From NCBI GenBank assembly GCA_038206135.1, contig JBBRBD010000005.1, forward strand, positions 467 to 64,466: a stretch of 64,000 nt of DNA, written 5' to 3'. This DNA is from Patescibacteria group bacterium (GTDB lineage Bacteria > Patescibacteriota > Microgenomatia > UBA8517). Under the pieces are notes generated by a model. The model saw nothing but the letters and a program-made list of their open reading frames with translations. It made no database searches and had not been told where the DNA came from. The translations under genes were made by a program, and so were the position numbers. Below, one piece after another: positions 55,889 to 64,000 of the stretch. Within the stretch, counting starts at the first letter, position 1; every line of letters starts with the position of its first letter.

Positions 55889-56410
55889 ATGGCTGCAAAG
55901 AAAACAAATATACTTAACAAAAAGACACTTATGCTCATCTGTGGTGTTTTGGTTATTTCAGTTATGATTTTAGGAATTAAATATTTTGCACTTCGATCTC
56001 ATTGGATGAGCTACTCTGACGAAGCACAACGAAACATCTTCATGTTTTCTGACAGAAGAGCCGAAGATCAAGCAAAGGTTGTTGCAATGGGTGGAATGTA
56101 TAAAATGAATGGACGTGAGTTATATCAAAATCAAAAAGAGATGCAAAGTTACATTACAACTCTTGGAACAGGTTTGAAGCATACGATTGTTGTAGTCGAC
56201 AGAAATAAAACAATTCTTGCTGATACCGTTTCTTCAGAAGTAGGTAAAAAATATAATAAAGACACAGGGAATGAGGTTCAGGCGACTATGTCTGATGGAG
56301 TAACTCGAACATTTTCTGAAAACGGAGTTTCACAAACTGTTATTGTCTTCAAGGCAACTTCTGGAAATACGATTGGTGCAATCGTCTTTTCGACTGATAC
56401 TGTTAAGTAA
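55889..56410 (+). CDS. Membrane-anchored protein with Cache/PDC-like domain
   Basis: TM; IVVVDRNKTILADT...G.TIGAIVF pattern. Confidence 0.6.
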   Translation: MAAKKTNILNKKTLMLICGVLVISVMILGIKYFALRSHWMSYSDEAQRNIFMFSDRRAEDQAKVVAMGGMYKMNGRELYQNQKEMQSYITTLGTGLKHTIVVVDRNKTILADTVSSEVGKKYNKDTGNEVQATMSDGVTRTFSENGVSQTVIVFKATSGNTIGAIVFSTDTVK

Positions 56411-56460
56411 TTCTTCACCCGAGTAAAATATACTGTAGTCTTACAGTATCCCTTATTCTT

Positions 56461-58188
56461 ATGGATAAAAAACAACCTAACATTTTTAAAATTCTTACTA
56501 AATACAAACTCTTTGTGGGGTTACTTATCGTGTTTACTCTTGCCGTAAACGGTTTGAGTCTTGTTGTGCCAAAATTATTATCAGATGGGATAAACGGTTA
56601 TGCTCGTGGATCAAACGATTTAGAGCAGCTCTTAATTAAATTCTTAGTTGTTGCGGTTTTAGTCTTTGTATTCACTTATATTCAAAGTTTACTGCAAACA
56701 TTCGCATCTGAAAAAATTGCACGCGATATGCGAGAAGAATTGTCAGCTAAAATTTCTAGACAAAGTTTTTCTTACATTCAAGAAGTAAGTGTGGCGACAC
56801 TCCTTACTAATCTAACGTCAGATATAGATGCAGTGAAACTCTTTGTTTCTCAAGCAGTCTCTTCAATAATTGCTTCATTGTTTTTAATTATTGGTGCGAG
56901 CATTCTTTTACTTTCTATAAATTGGAGGTTAGGACTTATGGTACTGACAATTGTTCCAGTTATTGCTATTACCTTTGGTTTTATTTTAAGTAAAGTAAGA
57001 AAGCTGTTTGTTTCGGCACAAGGAGTTATTGATTGGCTGAATAAAGTAATCAATGAAAGTATACTTGGAGCCGCTCTTATTCGAGTATTAAATTCACAAG
57101 AATACGAATCAAAAAAATTTGTTGATGCAAATACGAAAGCCCGAGATTTAGGACTTCAAATTTTGAATTACTTTGCTAGTTTGATTCCAATTATTACTTT
57201 TGTTTCAAGTTTTGCAACAATTATTATTCTCACGATGGGTGGCTATTATGTAATTCAAGACAGTATGACATTGGGTGACTTTGCAGCCTTTAATAGTTAT
57301 GTAGGTATTCTTATTTTCCCAATTATCTTAATTGGTTTTATGAGTAATGTTATAGCCCGATCTAGCGCAAGCTATGGAAGAATTGTAAAGGTGTTGACTG
57401 CAAAAGAGCCTGAAGAGAAAGGAACGCTCGAATCAACACTAGAAGGTAAGATTGAGCTAAAAAATGTTTCCCTTACTTTTGGCCAAAAGAAAATATTAAA
57501 AAATTTAAGCTTTACAATTAAACCAAATACAAGAACAGCCCTCATCGGTCCTACTGCAGCTGGAAAAACGCAGCTTATGTATTTACTAAGTCGTTTAACA
57601 CCAGTGGAAGAGGGGACTATTAAAATAGATGACAAAAATATTTCAGAATATACGCAAATGTCGTTGCACTCACAAGTAGGGCTAGTTTTTCAAGATAGTG
57701 TCATTTTTAATTTGAGCTTACGAGAAAACATTGCATTTAGTCCAAAAACATCAAATGAGACCTTAGCTAAAGCACTTAAGACTGCAGAGCTCGATACTTT
57801 TATTAAAAAACTCCCTAAAGGCTTAGATACAATTGTTTCTGAGCGAGGTACTAGTTTGTCAGGAGGTCAAAAGCAAAGAATCATGCTTGCACGCGCTTTA
57901 GCACTTGACCCTAAAATTTTACTGCTTGATGATTTTACGGCACGCGTAGATCAAAATACTGAACAGAAGATTCTTTCAAATGTTTCTAAAAATTATCCTG
58001 ATCTGACACTTGTCTCTGTGACACAAAAAATTTCGTCTGTTATGCATTACGATAAAATAATTTTAATTATGGAAGGGGAAGTTGTTGCTGAGGGAACACA
58101 CGTAGAATTATTAAAGAGTTCTCCAGAGTATGTTCAATTATATGAATCTCAAAAAAGTACCAACACCTATGAAGTATCAACTGAATAA
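56461..58188 (+). CDS. Heterodimeric ABC exporter, subunit 1 (degenerate NBD)
   Basis: 6 TM; GPTAAGKT, LSGGQKQR, LLLDDFT (D for catalytic E), Q at the H-switch. Confidence 0.92.
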   Translation: MDKKQPNIFKILTKYKLFVGLLIVFTLAVNGLSLVVPKLLSDGINGYARGSNDLEQLLIKFLVVAVLVFVFTYIQSLLQTFASEKIARDMREELSAKISRQSFSYIQEVSVATLLTNLTSDIDAVKLFVSQAVSSIIASLFLIIGASILLLSINWRLGLMVLTIVPVIAITFGFILSKVRKLFVSAQGVIDWLNKVINESILGAALIRVLNSQEYESKKFVDANTKARDLGLQILNYFASLIPIITFVSSFATIIILTMGGYYVIQDSMTLGDFAAFNSYVGILIFPIILIGFMSNVIARSSASYGRIVKVLTAKEPEEKGTLESTLEGKIELKNVSLTFGQKKILKNLSFTIKPNTRTALIGPTAAGKTQLMYLLSRLTPVEEGTIKIDDKNISEYTQMSLHSQVGLVFQDSVIFNLSLRENIAFSPKTSNETLAKALKTAELDTFIKKLPKGLDTIVSERGTSLSGGQKQRIMLARALALDPKILLLDDFTARVDQNTEQKILSNVSKNYPDLTLVSVTQKISSVMHYDKIILIMEGEVVAEGTHVELLKSSPEYVQLYESQKSTNTYEVSTE

Positions 58189-59926
58189 AGAAACCAAACA
58201 ACAATCTGAGTCTTTAATAAAAACCTTAAAAAAGTTTATTCCACTTTTAAGTGGAGAAAAAAGAGAACTTGGTTTCGCGCTGCTGGCGCTTTTAATTAAC
58301 TCAATTTTGCAGCTGGTTGCTCCAGCTATTATTGGTCACGCAGTGGATAGCTACATTGTAACGAAACAGTTCAATGGTGTATTAAGCTCGGCAAGTTTTC
58401 TACTTATCATTTATTTAGGCTCTCTAGTTACAAGTCGCATGCAAACAAAGCTCATGGGAACCGTGGGTCAGCACCTTCTATTTAATTTACGTAATGCAAT
58501 TTTTCAGAAACTACAACAACTTCCAGTTGCTTTTTTCAACCAAAATAAAGCAGGGGACCTGATTTCTAGAATAAACAATGATACTGATAAACTAAATCAA
58601 TTCTTTTCACAATCCCTCATGCAATTTGTGGGAAGCATTTTTATGATGACTGGTGCTGCTATTTTTATAGTTGCACTGAACCCGCGATTAGGGTCTGCAG
58701 CACTAGTGCCAGCACTCGGAATTCTTATTATTACAAACCTGCTGACCGCATGGGTAAAGCAAAAAAATGCAACTAGCTTGAAAGCAACGGGCGGAATGAG
58801 TGCTGAAATTGCTGAAAGTTTAAATAATTTTAAGGTTGTTGTTGCATTTGATCGTCGTGATTACTTTAAAGCCCATTTTGGAGAAGTTAACCAAACAAAC
58901 TTTGAAGCTGCTACAAGTGCTGGAATCGCAAACAACATCTTTACTCCAATTTATGGATTGGCTGCAAACCTTGCACAAGTTATTGTCTTGTTTTATGGAA
59001 TATATTTAATATCTCAAGGACAGTTTACCGTGGGACTCCTTATTAGTTACTTAACTTATTTAACTCGCTTTTACGATCCTATTCGACAGCTTGCGAGTTT
59101 GTGGTCAACATTTCAAGTGGCACTCGCCGGTTGGGATCGTATTTCAGAAATCTTAGCTCTTGAAAACGATTTGCCAATTTTGAAATCTGACAAAACATCA
59201 AAATCTAAGAATGTACTTGAATTTAGTGAGGTGTCTTTTGGATACCCTGATGGAAAAGAAATCCTTTCAAATATCAACTTTAAACTTGCAGAGGGGAAGA
59301 CTTATGCGCTTGTCGGGCCAACAGGTGGAGGAAAGACTACAACAGCATCTCTCATGGCTCGCTTATTTGATCCCACAAAGGGAACCGTTTTGTTGAACGG
59401 CACTGATATTAGACAGGTAAGTGCTGCAAAGCGCAGTTCAAAAATAGGGTTTATATTACAGGAACCATTCTTGTTTTCAGGAACAGTGCGTGAAAATATT
59501 TTGTATGGAAATAATGTGCATCAAAAATATTCTAATAAGGAACTCTTAGAATTAATTGCAAAATCAAATTTACAAGAAATAATTAAGCGATTTAACGATG
59601 GCCTCGATACTAAAGTATCGGCACAAGGTGAGACGATGAGTCTCGGACAAAAGCAACTGATTGCTTTCATGCGTGCAGTTCTACGGTCACCTGAGCTTTT
59701 AATTCTCGACGAAGCAACTGCAAACATTGATACAGTGACCGAACAGCTTCTAGATGAGATTCTTAAAAATTTACCTAAAACTACAACAAAAGTTGTTATT
59801 GCACATCGATTAAATACGATTGAGAGTGCAGATGAAATTTTCTTTGTAAATGCGGGGAGAATTAAACGAGCGGGCTCATTGAAGCATGCTATTGAAATGC
59901 TCATGCATGGTAAAAAAGAAAGTTAA
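58169..59926 (+). CDS. Heterodimeric ABC exporter, subunit 2
   Basis: 6 TM; GPTGGGKT, MSLGQKQ, LILDEAT, IAHRL. Confidence 0.92.
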   Translation: MKYQLNKETKQQSESLIKTLKKFIPLLSGEKRELGFALLALLINSILQLVAPAIIGHAVDSYIVTKQFNGVLSSASFLLIIYLGSLVTSRMQTKLMGTVGQHLLFNLRNAIFQKLQQLPVAFFNQNKAGDLISRINNDTDKLNQFFSQSLMQFVGSIFMMTGAAIFIVALNPRLGSAALVPALGILIITNLLTAWVKQKNATSLKATGGMSAEIAESLNNFKVVVAFDRRDYFKAHFGEVNQTNFEAATSAGIANNIFTPIYGLAANLAQVIVLFYGIYLISQGQFTVGLLISYLTYLTRFYDPIRQLASLWSTFQVALAGWDRISEILALENDLPILKSDKTSKSKNVLEFSEVSFGYPDGKEILSNINFKLAEGKTYALVGPTGGGKTTTASLMARLFDPTKGTVLLNGTDIRQVSAAKRSSKIGFILQEPFLFSGTVRENILYGNNVHQKYSNKELLELIAKSNLQEIIKRFNDGLDTKVSAQGETMSLGQKQLIAFMRAVLRSPELLILDEATANIDTVTEQLLDEILKNLPKTTTKVVIAHRLNTIESADEIFFVNAGRIKRAGSLKHAIEMLMHGKKES

Positions 59927-60162
59927 CTTCTTTTTAATTTATTTTGCTGATGTTCAGCTTGGAAAGCCGACGCGTGAGTGCTTGGAGTTCCTTTATTTTG
60001 TGTTATTTGTCTAAATATTTCAGCTTTCGAAATAGTAGGGTTTTCCCGTTGAAGCTCTTCAATTTTTATAATTGCTTCTGGTTCTGGAATGTCGAATTGA
60101 GTGAAACGGTGGGCAAAACTATCCAATTTGTCAGGAGTAATTCCACCTCGTTCTTTGTGCAT
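59923..60162 (-). CDS. Hypothetical protein
   Basis: 79-aa ORF in a run of - strand genes. Confidence 0.45.
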   Translation of the reverse strand: MHKERGGITPDKLDSFAHRFTQFDIPEPEAIIKIEELQRENPTISKAEIFRQITQNKGTPSTHASAFQAEHQQNKLKRS

Positions 60163-60209
60163 TTTAGTTTTTATGAAATATTGATGCGTTCAATGTAGTT
60201 CGTTTCAAC

Positions 60210-61310
60210 TTAATTTTTTTCATATGAATCGATAAACTTGATAAGACCGGCCATATATTCTGAACAAGAACTCAAGCTAATCCATTCAGTATCAGAATGA
60301 ATATTTCCGCCAATCGGTTTTATCATGAGTACTGGAATCTTAAGTTCAGCAAAATGCCGAGCATCGGAAGCGCCATATGTTTCTTTCACGACTATTTTTT
60401 GACTTAGTGTGTCATTCATATCACATAAAAACCTCTGAACTAATGACATTGAAACATCTGTAAATGTGGGCATCCCAACGGACAATTTCTTTACTTGAAT
60501 TTCAGGATCAACTGCAAGTGCCATTGCTTTTACCTGGTCTTCTATTTCTTTAAACGAAGTTGTTTCAGGATATCGAAAATCTAGCTTCATTGATGCTTTC
60601 GCACAAACCTGATTTATTGATACTCCACCTTCGATTTGTCCAATATTAAGTGTAGTTTCCCAACTAGGATTCAATCCGTTTTTCTCGAATGTTATAAGCA
60701 GTTCATTTGCTAGTTTAACCAATGAGTTAATTGCATTTTTCCCTTCCCAAGGGCGAGAAGAGTGAGCTGGGGATCCCACTGAAAGTATTTCCAGCTGACA
60801 CACTCCCTTTGCTTTATTTACAAATACTAAATTATCGCCACCATCAGGAACTATTAAACATTTAGGCTTAATACCAAATTCTTTTGCTAAAAAAAGTGCA
60901 CCATTAAATCCGCCGATTTCTTCGTCTGTTGTTACAATCAAACTAAATGTAATATCAATCTTTTCTTTTATAATTTTATTTAGAAGTACAACCCCCATAG
61001 GAATTGAAAACTTCATGTCACTTACACCTCGTCCAAATAGTTTGTCACCATCTTGAATCAAACTAAATTGCTCAGGTTTTGCAGACACCACATCAATGTG
61101 TACAAGAAAGGCAATATCTGGTGTTTTTATCTTAGACGAACTGGCGATCAGTGTTTCAAAGCCATTATTGGTAAGCCGTGTAATTTCAGCTTCTTCGCTT
61201 ATTAAAGAAACCACATAGTCTAAGCTTTTTTTTGCCTCATCAAAATTTCCAGTAACTGTTTTAAATGAAACTAATTTAGATAATTGTTCAATGAATTCTT
61301 GATTGTTCAT
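60210..61310 (-). CDS. M20 metallopeptidase (ArgE/DapE-like)
   Basis: HIDVV, GRGVSDMK, TDEEIGG, AHSSRPWEGKNAI, GASDAR, NIHSDTE. Confidence 0.92.
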   Translation of the reverse strand: MNNQEFIEQLSKLVSFKTVTGNFDEAKKSLDYVVSLISEEAEITRLTNNGFETLIASSSKIKTPDIAFLVHIDVVSAKPEQFSLIQDGDKLFGRGVSDMKFSIPMGVVLLNKIIKEKIDITFSLIVTTDEEIGGFNGALFLAKEFGIKPKCLIVPDGGDNLVFVNKAKGVCQLEILSVGSPAHSSRPWEGKNAINSLVKLANELLITFEKNGLNPSWETTLNIGQIEGGVSINQVCAKASMKLDFRYPETTSFKEIEDQVKAMALAVDPEIQVKKLSVGMPTFTDVSMSLVQRFLCDMNDTLSQKIVVKETYGASDARHFAELKIPVLMIKPIGGNIHSDTEWISLSSCSEYMAGLIKFIDSYEKN

Positions 61311-61311
61311 A

Positions 61312-61893
61312 TTAATTTTTAAAATCTTTCGTTACTCGTTCTTTAGTTATCAAATCATATCCGTACAAATCTTTTATATCATAAATGGCTGCTTTTTTCG
61401 CCTCGGGTGTCACAAATAAGTTACTACTTTTCATAAGAGACTCTGCCTCGCCAAAATGTCCTGTTTTAAACGCAAATCCTATTCTATATTCTACAATAAG
61501 TGGTGAATCTATTTGAAAAGTAGGAGTAACTGCTATTTGATACTTTTCAGGGGTATCAAGAGCAGGTAGAAAATTAAATATTCGATCTTCTACTTCAGTG
61601 TCGGAATCAATTGCATGCCAATACTCTTTTTTTAATGGAAGGAATGAAGTTTGGCTCAAAAGCGCTATCCCAATAGTGTTAAGTACTTCATCTGCTCCTC
61701 GTCGACGTTGTACTAAATCAATTTGTGAAACTGTATATTCATATAAATCATCGAAATTCTCAAATGTGCACTCAATCATATAAGGCAAAAAACGTTCACG
61801 TGTTTTAAGCCAACACCAAGATGCAAAAAGCGTTTTTGGATATAGAACATCGATTGTTTGAAACTGTGGGGAACTGCTTTCCATAAGTAACAA
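61312..61893 (-). CDS. Hypothetical protein (start may be ATG 61884)
   Basis: About 190-aa ORF ending 1 nt before the M20 gene start. Confidence 0.65.
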   Translation of the reverse strand: MLLMESSSPQFQTIDVLYPKTLFASWCWLKTRERFLPYMIECTFENFDDLYEYTVSQIDLVQRRRGADEVLNTIGIALLSQTSFLPLKKEYWHAIDSDTEVEDRIFNFLPALDTPEKYQIAVTPTFQIDSPLIVEYRIGFAFKTGHFGEAESLMKSSNLFVTPEAKKAAIYDIKDLYGYDLITKERVTKDFKN

Positions 61894-61927
61894 TTATAAA
61901 CTAGCTGCGTCATCTAACGGTGAGCAT

Positions 61928-61957
61928 AAAAAAAAGGAGAGAATATATCTCTCCTTT
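61928..61957 (-). terminator. Intrinsic terminator
   Basis: A-tract then AAAGGAGAGA-atata-TCTCTCCTTT. Confidence 0.7.
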
Positions 61958-61980
61958 ATTCACGAAATTAAAACGCTTAC

Positions 61981-62397
61981 TTAATCGTCATCAGAATACG
62001 AGTCTGGGTATTCTGGTTCGTAATCATCTTCAATAAGATAATCACCTGGAAAATACTTTCTGTTTTCTATTTCAATCTCATCTTCACGATCACGGAACTC
62101 TTGTGTTTCTAGTCCTTTTACACGAGGATCTTTACATTCTTCCCAAATTCCGTCAGACGTGAGTACTTCAAAGTGATACCACCAGCTTATGTAACCGTCT
62201 TCGATTTGATGGTACCCGAGACTGTCCGCTCCAAATATGGAACTTGGAGGATAGTGTTTACTAAGTTCTGACCTGTCTTGTCCCTCCCAAATGATATGTA
62301 ACTGCTCTCTATCCTTTTCACTAACAAAATCGTTTACCAAGTGCTTGAACACTCGATATGTTGTTCCGCTGCGTGCAATACTATTTGAATTGTTCAC
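61981..62397 (-). CDS. Orphan protein with acidic C-terminal tail (cassette type)
   Basis: GTG start after AAAGGA; long structured leader; own terminator. Confidence 0.65.
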   Translation of the reverse strand: MNNSNSIARSGTTYRVFKHLVNDFVSEKDREQLHIIWEGQDRSELSKHYPPSSIFGADSLGYHQIEDGYISWWYHFEVLTSDGIWEECKDPRVKGLETQEFRDREDEIEIENRKYFPGDYLIEDDYEPEYPDSYSDDD

Positions 62398-62633
62398 TCT
62401 AGGCTTCCTTTACAATTTAGGTCGAATTGAAGTGCTTCAACTTGAAAAATGTAAAGTTGCCTCCCGCTTTCTCTATGAATAGAGGGGAAAAGGGGTGCAC
62501 CTACTTGCCAAATAGCCCTGATATCCCGTACAGGCTTTTTGGATACTCAATATGAGTAGTTCGGATTGTACCCATAGTAACATTTGACTTGTGTATAGTC
62601 AACTATATTTCTAATCTGTATACTAGTTGTAAT

Positions 62634-63275
62634 ATGAACAAGAATATTATCATGGGTGTTGGAACACTTATTATTTTAGGAGTCATTGTTGGATTTTTTG
62701 TGGTCAATAAAAAATCCACGCTAAATCCTACCATGATGAATCAACAGGCGGGAGAAATGAGTCCAAGTCCAATGGCTAATGATAACTCTCCAAAGTCCTT
62801 AAAAGATCTATTAACACTTGGTTCTCAAAAATGCACATTTAACGCTGGAACCCAAAGTACCGGTACAGTGTATGTTTCGTCCGGCAAAATGAAGGCAGAC
62901 TTCACTATAAGTATTGCTCAAGGCGATATTACGTCTCACATGCTCATCGACGGTGAAACTGGATATGTTTGGTCAGATGACTCAAAAGGTGGAATTAAAA
63001 TGCAAATCAATGCAGTAAATCCGAGTGCTACTCCAAACGCAAAGACCATGGATGTTAACAAGAAGTATGATTATTCATGTGTTCCATGGACTGTAAACGA
63101 GTCATTCTTTGTTTTACCTGCTAATATCACTTTTTCAGATATCCAAACGCCTCATGTAATGGTTCCAAAAACGGGAACAAGTGTAAATAATGAAGACACT
63201 AATAAATGTGCTTCTTGTGACACTGCTCCTGCAGACTACAAAGTTCAGTGTCGTCAAGCATTAGGCTGTAATTAA
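62634..63275 (+). CDS. Secreted or anchored hypothetical protein with Cys-rich C-terminus
   Basis: N-terminal TM, SLKDLL..G..KCTF, CASC...C....GC; TATACT 9 nt before ATG. Confidence 0.75.
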   Translation: MNKNIIMGVGTLIILGVIVGFFVVNKKSTLNPTMMNQQAGEMSPSPMANDNSPKSLKDLLTLGSQKCTFNAGTQSTGTVYVSSGKMKADFTISIAQGDITSHMLIDGETGYVWSDDSKGGIKMQINAVNPSATPNAKTMDVNKKYDYSCVPWTVNESFFVLPANITFSDIQTPHVMVPKTGTSVNNEDTNKCASCDTAPADYKVQCRQALGCN

Positions 63276-63358
63276 TTCTCTTCATTTCAGTAAATTCGTG
63301 TATTATAAAAAAAGGCATTCTTGTTGTGAAATTTTTATATGTGAAAAGGAAAACTGCA

Positions 63359-63673
63359 ATGGCGAATATCCCGTTAGCTATTGAATTAGGGGAAGAAGCT
63401 GCGTCAAAAAAGAATGAATACCTGAAGCGAAAAGTGCAAGAGCTCACCAAATACATCGGAAAAGAGTTAGCAGAGGTGTATGTGACATACCGGTATTCAG
63501 ATGCAGAAACTAAAGCAGTTAAACGACTAGCATTTACCAATCTGCTCGCGCAATACGTTCGGTTTGGAACCTATGAGAATGTGCAATTCGCGATGTTCGC
63601 TCAGTTTTTGTATATTGATGAAATGAGTGAAAGAGCTCCTATAACGCTGGAGAATTTATTCGCGAGTTTCTAA
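63359..63673 (+). CDS. Orphan protein (cassette type)
   Basis: AAAAGGA SD before ATG; own terminator. Confidence 0.65.
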   Translation: MANIPLAIELGEEAASKKNEYLKRKVQELTKYIGKELAEVYVTYRYSDAETKAVKRLAFTNLLAQYVRFGTYENVQFAMFAQFLYIDEMSERAPITLENLFASF

Positions 63674-63682
63674 TCAGTATCT

Positions 63683-63710
63683 GGGGCAAAGAAATCTTTG
63701 CCCCTTTTTT
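63683..63710 (+). terminator. Intrinsic terminator
   Basis: GGGGCAAAGA-aa-TCTTTGCCCC then T6. Confidence 0.8.
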
Positions 63711-63871
63711 GTACTAGAGACAAGGATTTTTAATAAAAATGAAACGGGTGAAATTTTATCTTCAGTCATTATCAAAACGAATATAAATCAATTTGTTTTG
63801 GTTGATGGAGAACAAATGTTAGCATGTCACCCATCCCTATAATCCCAGCCGTGTATCCAACGGATACTTAT

Positions 63872-64000
63872 TTAATGAAGTACGAGTTCATACACAAATT
63901 TCATAAATGGTCGTATGGTTTTATTTTCCATGATTAGCGTGTATCCCTGGTTATAAAAACGTTTTACTAAACTTCTAGCAATTGTGTGTTTCATAATCTG
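63872..64000 (-). CDS. Possible 3' end of a CDS entering from beyond the window
   Basis: 43 open codons to TAA (QIMKHTIARSLVKRFYNQG...ELVLH*). Confidence 0.3.
   Translation of the reverse strand, partial: QIMKHTIARSLVKRFYNQGYTLIMENKTIRPFMKFVYELVLH

Noticed and set aside
62584-62602. TTGACT-N7-AGTCAA inverted repeat as an operator
   Set aside because: One arm is the -35 of the - strand promoter and no second copy was seen; not enough support.
615-63540. Many 60-150 aa ORFs antisense to or nested in identified genes (e.g. 2800-3237, 3856-4278, 30367-30834, 43092-43442)
   Set aside because: No motifs or start signals; expected shadow ORFs of real genes.
1-64000. tRNA, rRNA, IS elements, prophage, diversity-generating retroelement
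   Set aside because: No T-loop or cloverleaf patterns, transposase, phage structural genes, reverse transcriptase or TR/VR pair were recognised by eye; tRNAscan-SE, Infernal and ISEScan would be needed to exclude them formally.

Overview
A 64-kb, AT-rich bacterial chromosome segment using the standard code (TAA, TAG and TGA all end genes). Most genes lie on the + strand. The gene content and style (short EF-Ts, a pared-down rpsB-tsf-frr-rseP-proS cluster, -10 boxes sitting directly on start codons, many small membrane or secreted proteins) suggest a Patescibacteria/CPR genome, probably Microgenomates; this is an inference. Housekeeping genes: mreB, mrdA, topA, rpsB, tsf, frr, rseP, proS, HIT/yqeY/ybeY, dnaX-ybaB-recR, cysS. 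Other blocks: a thymidylate/one-carbon cluster (folA, thyA, tmk, dcd, glyA, folD); an OmpR/HK pair with a MacAB-like exporter and an FMN-binding/ApbE/RnfD-FNR flavinylation module that share an upstream direct-repeat box; ABC-F, heterodimeric ABC and envelope-modifying genes. No rRNA, tRNA, CRISPR array, transposase or integrase was recognised. The most striking unexplained structure is a two-class gene architecture. Core genes look leaderless and lack terminators. About 15 orphan genes sit between them as self-contained promoter-SD-ORF-terminator cassettes. These include two tandem arrays (12.5-14.8 kb and 9.3-10.2 kb) whose non-coding borders are clearly homologous while the proteins have diverged almost beyond recognition, plus two decayed cassettes.
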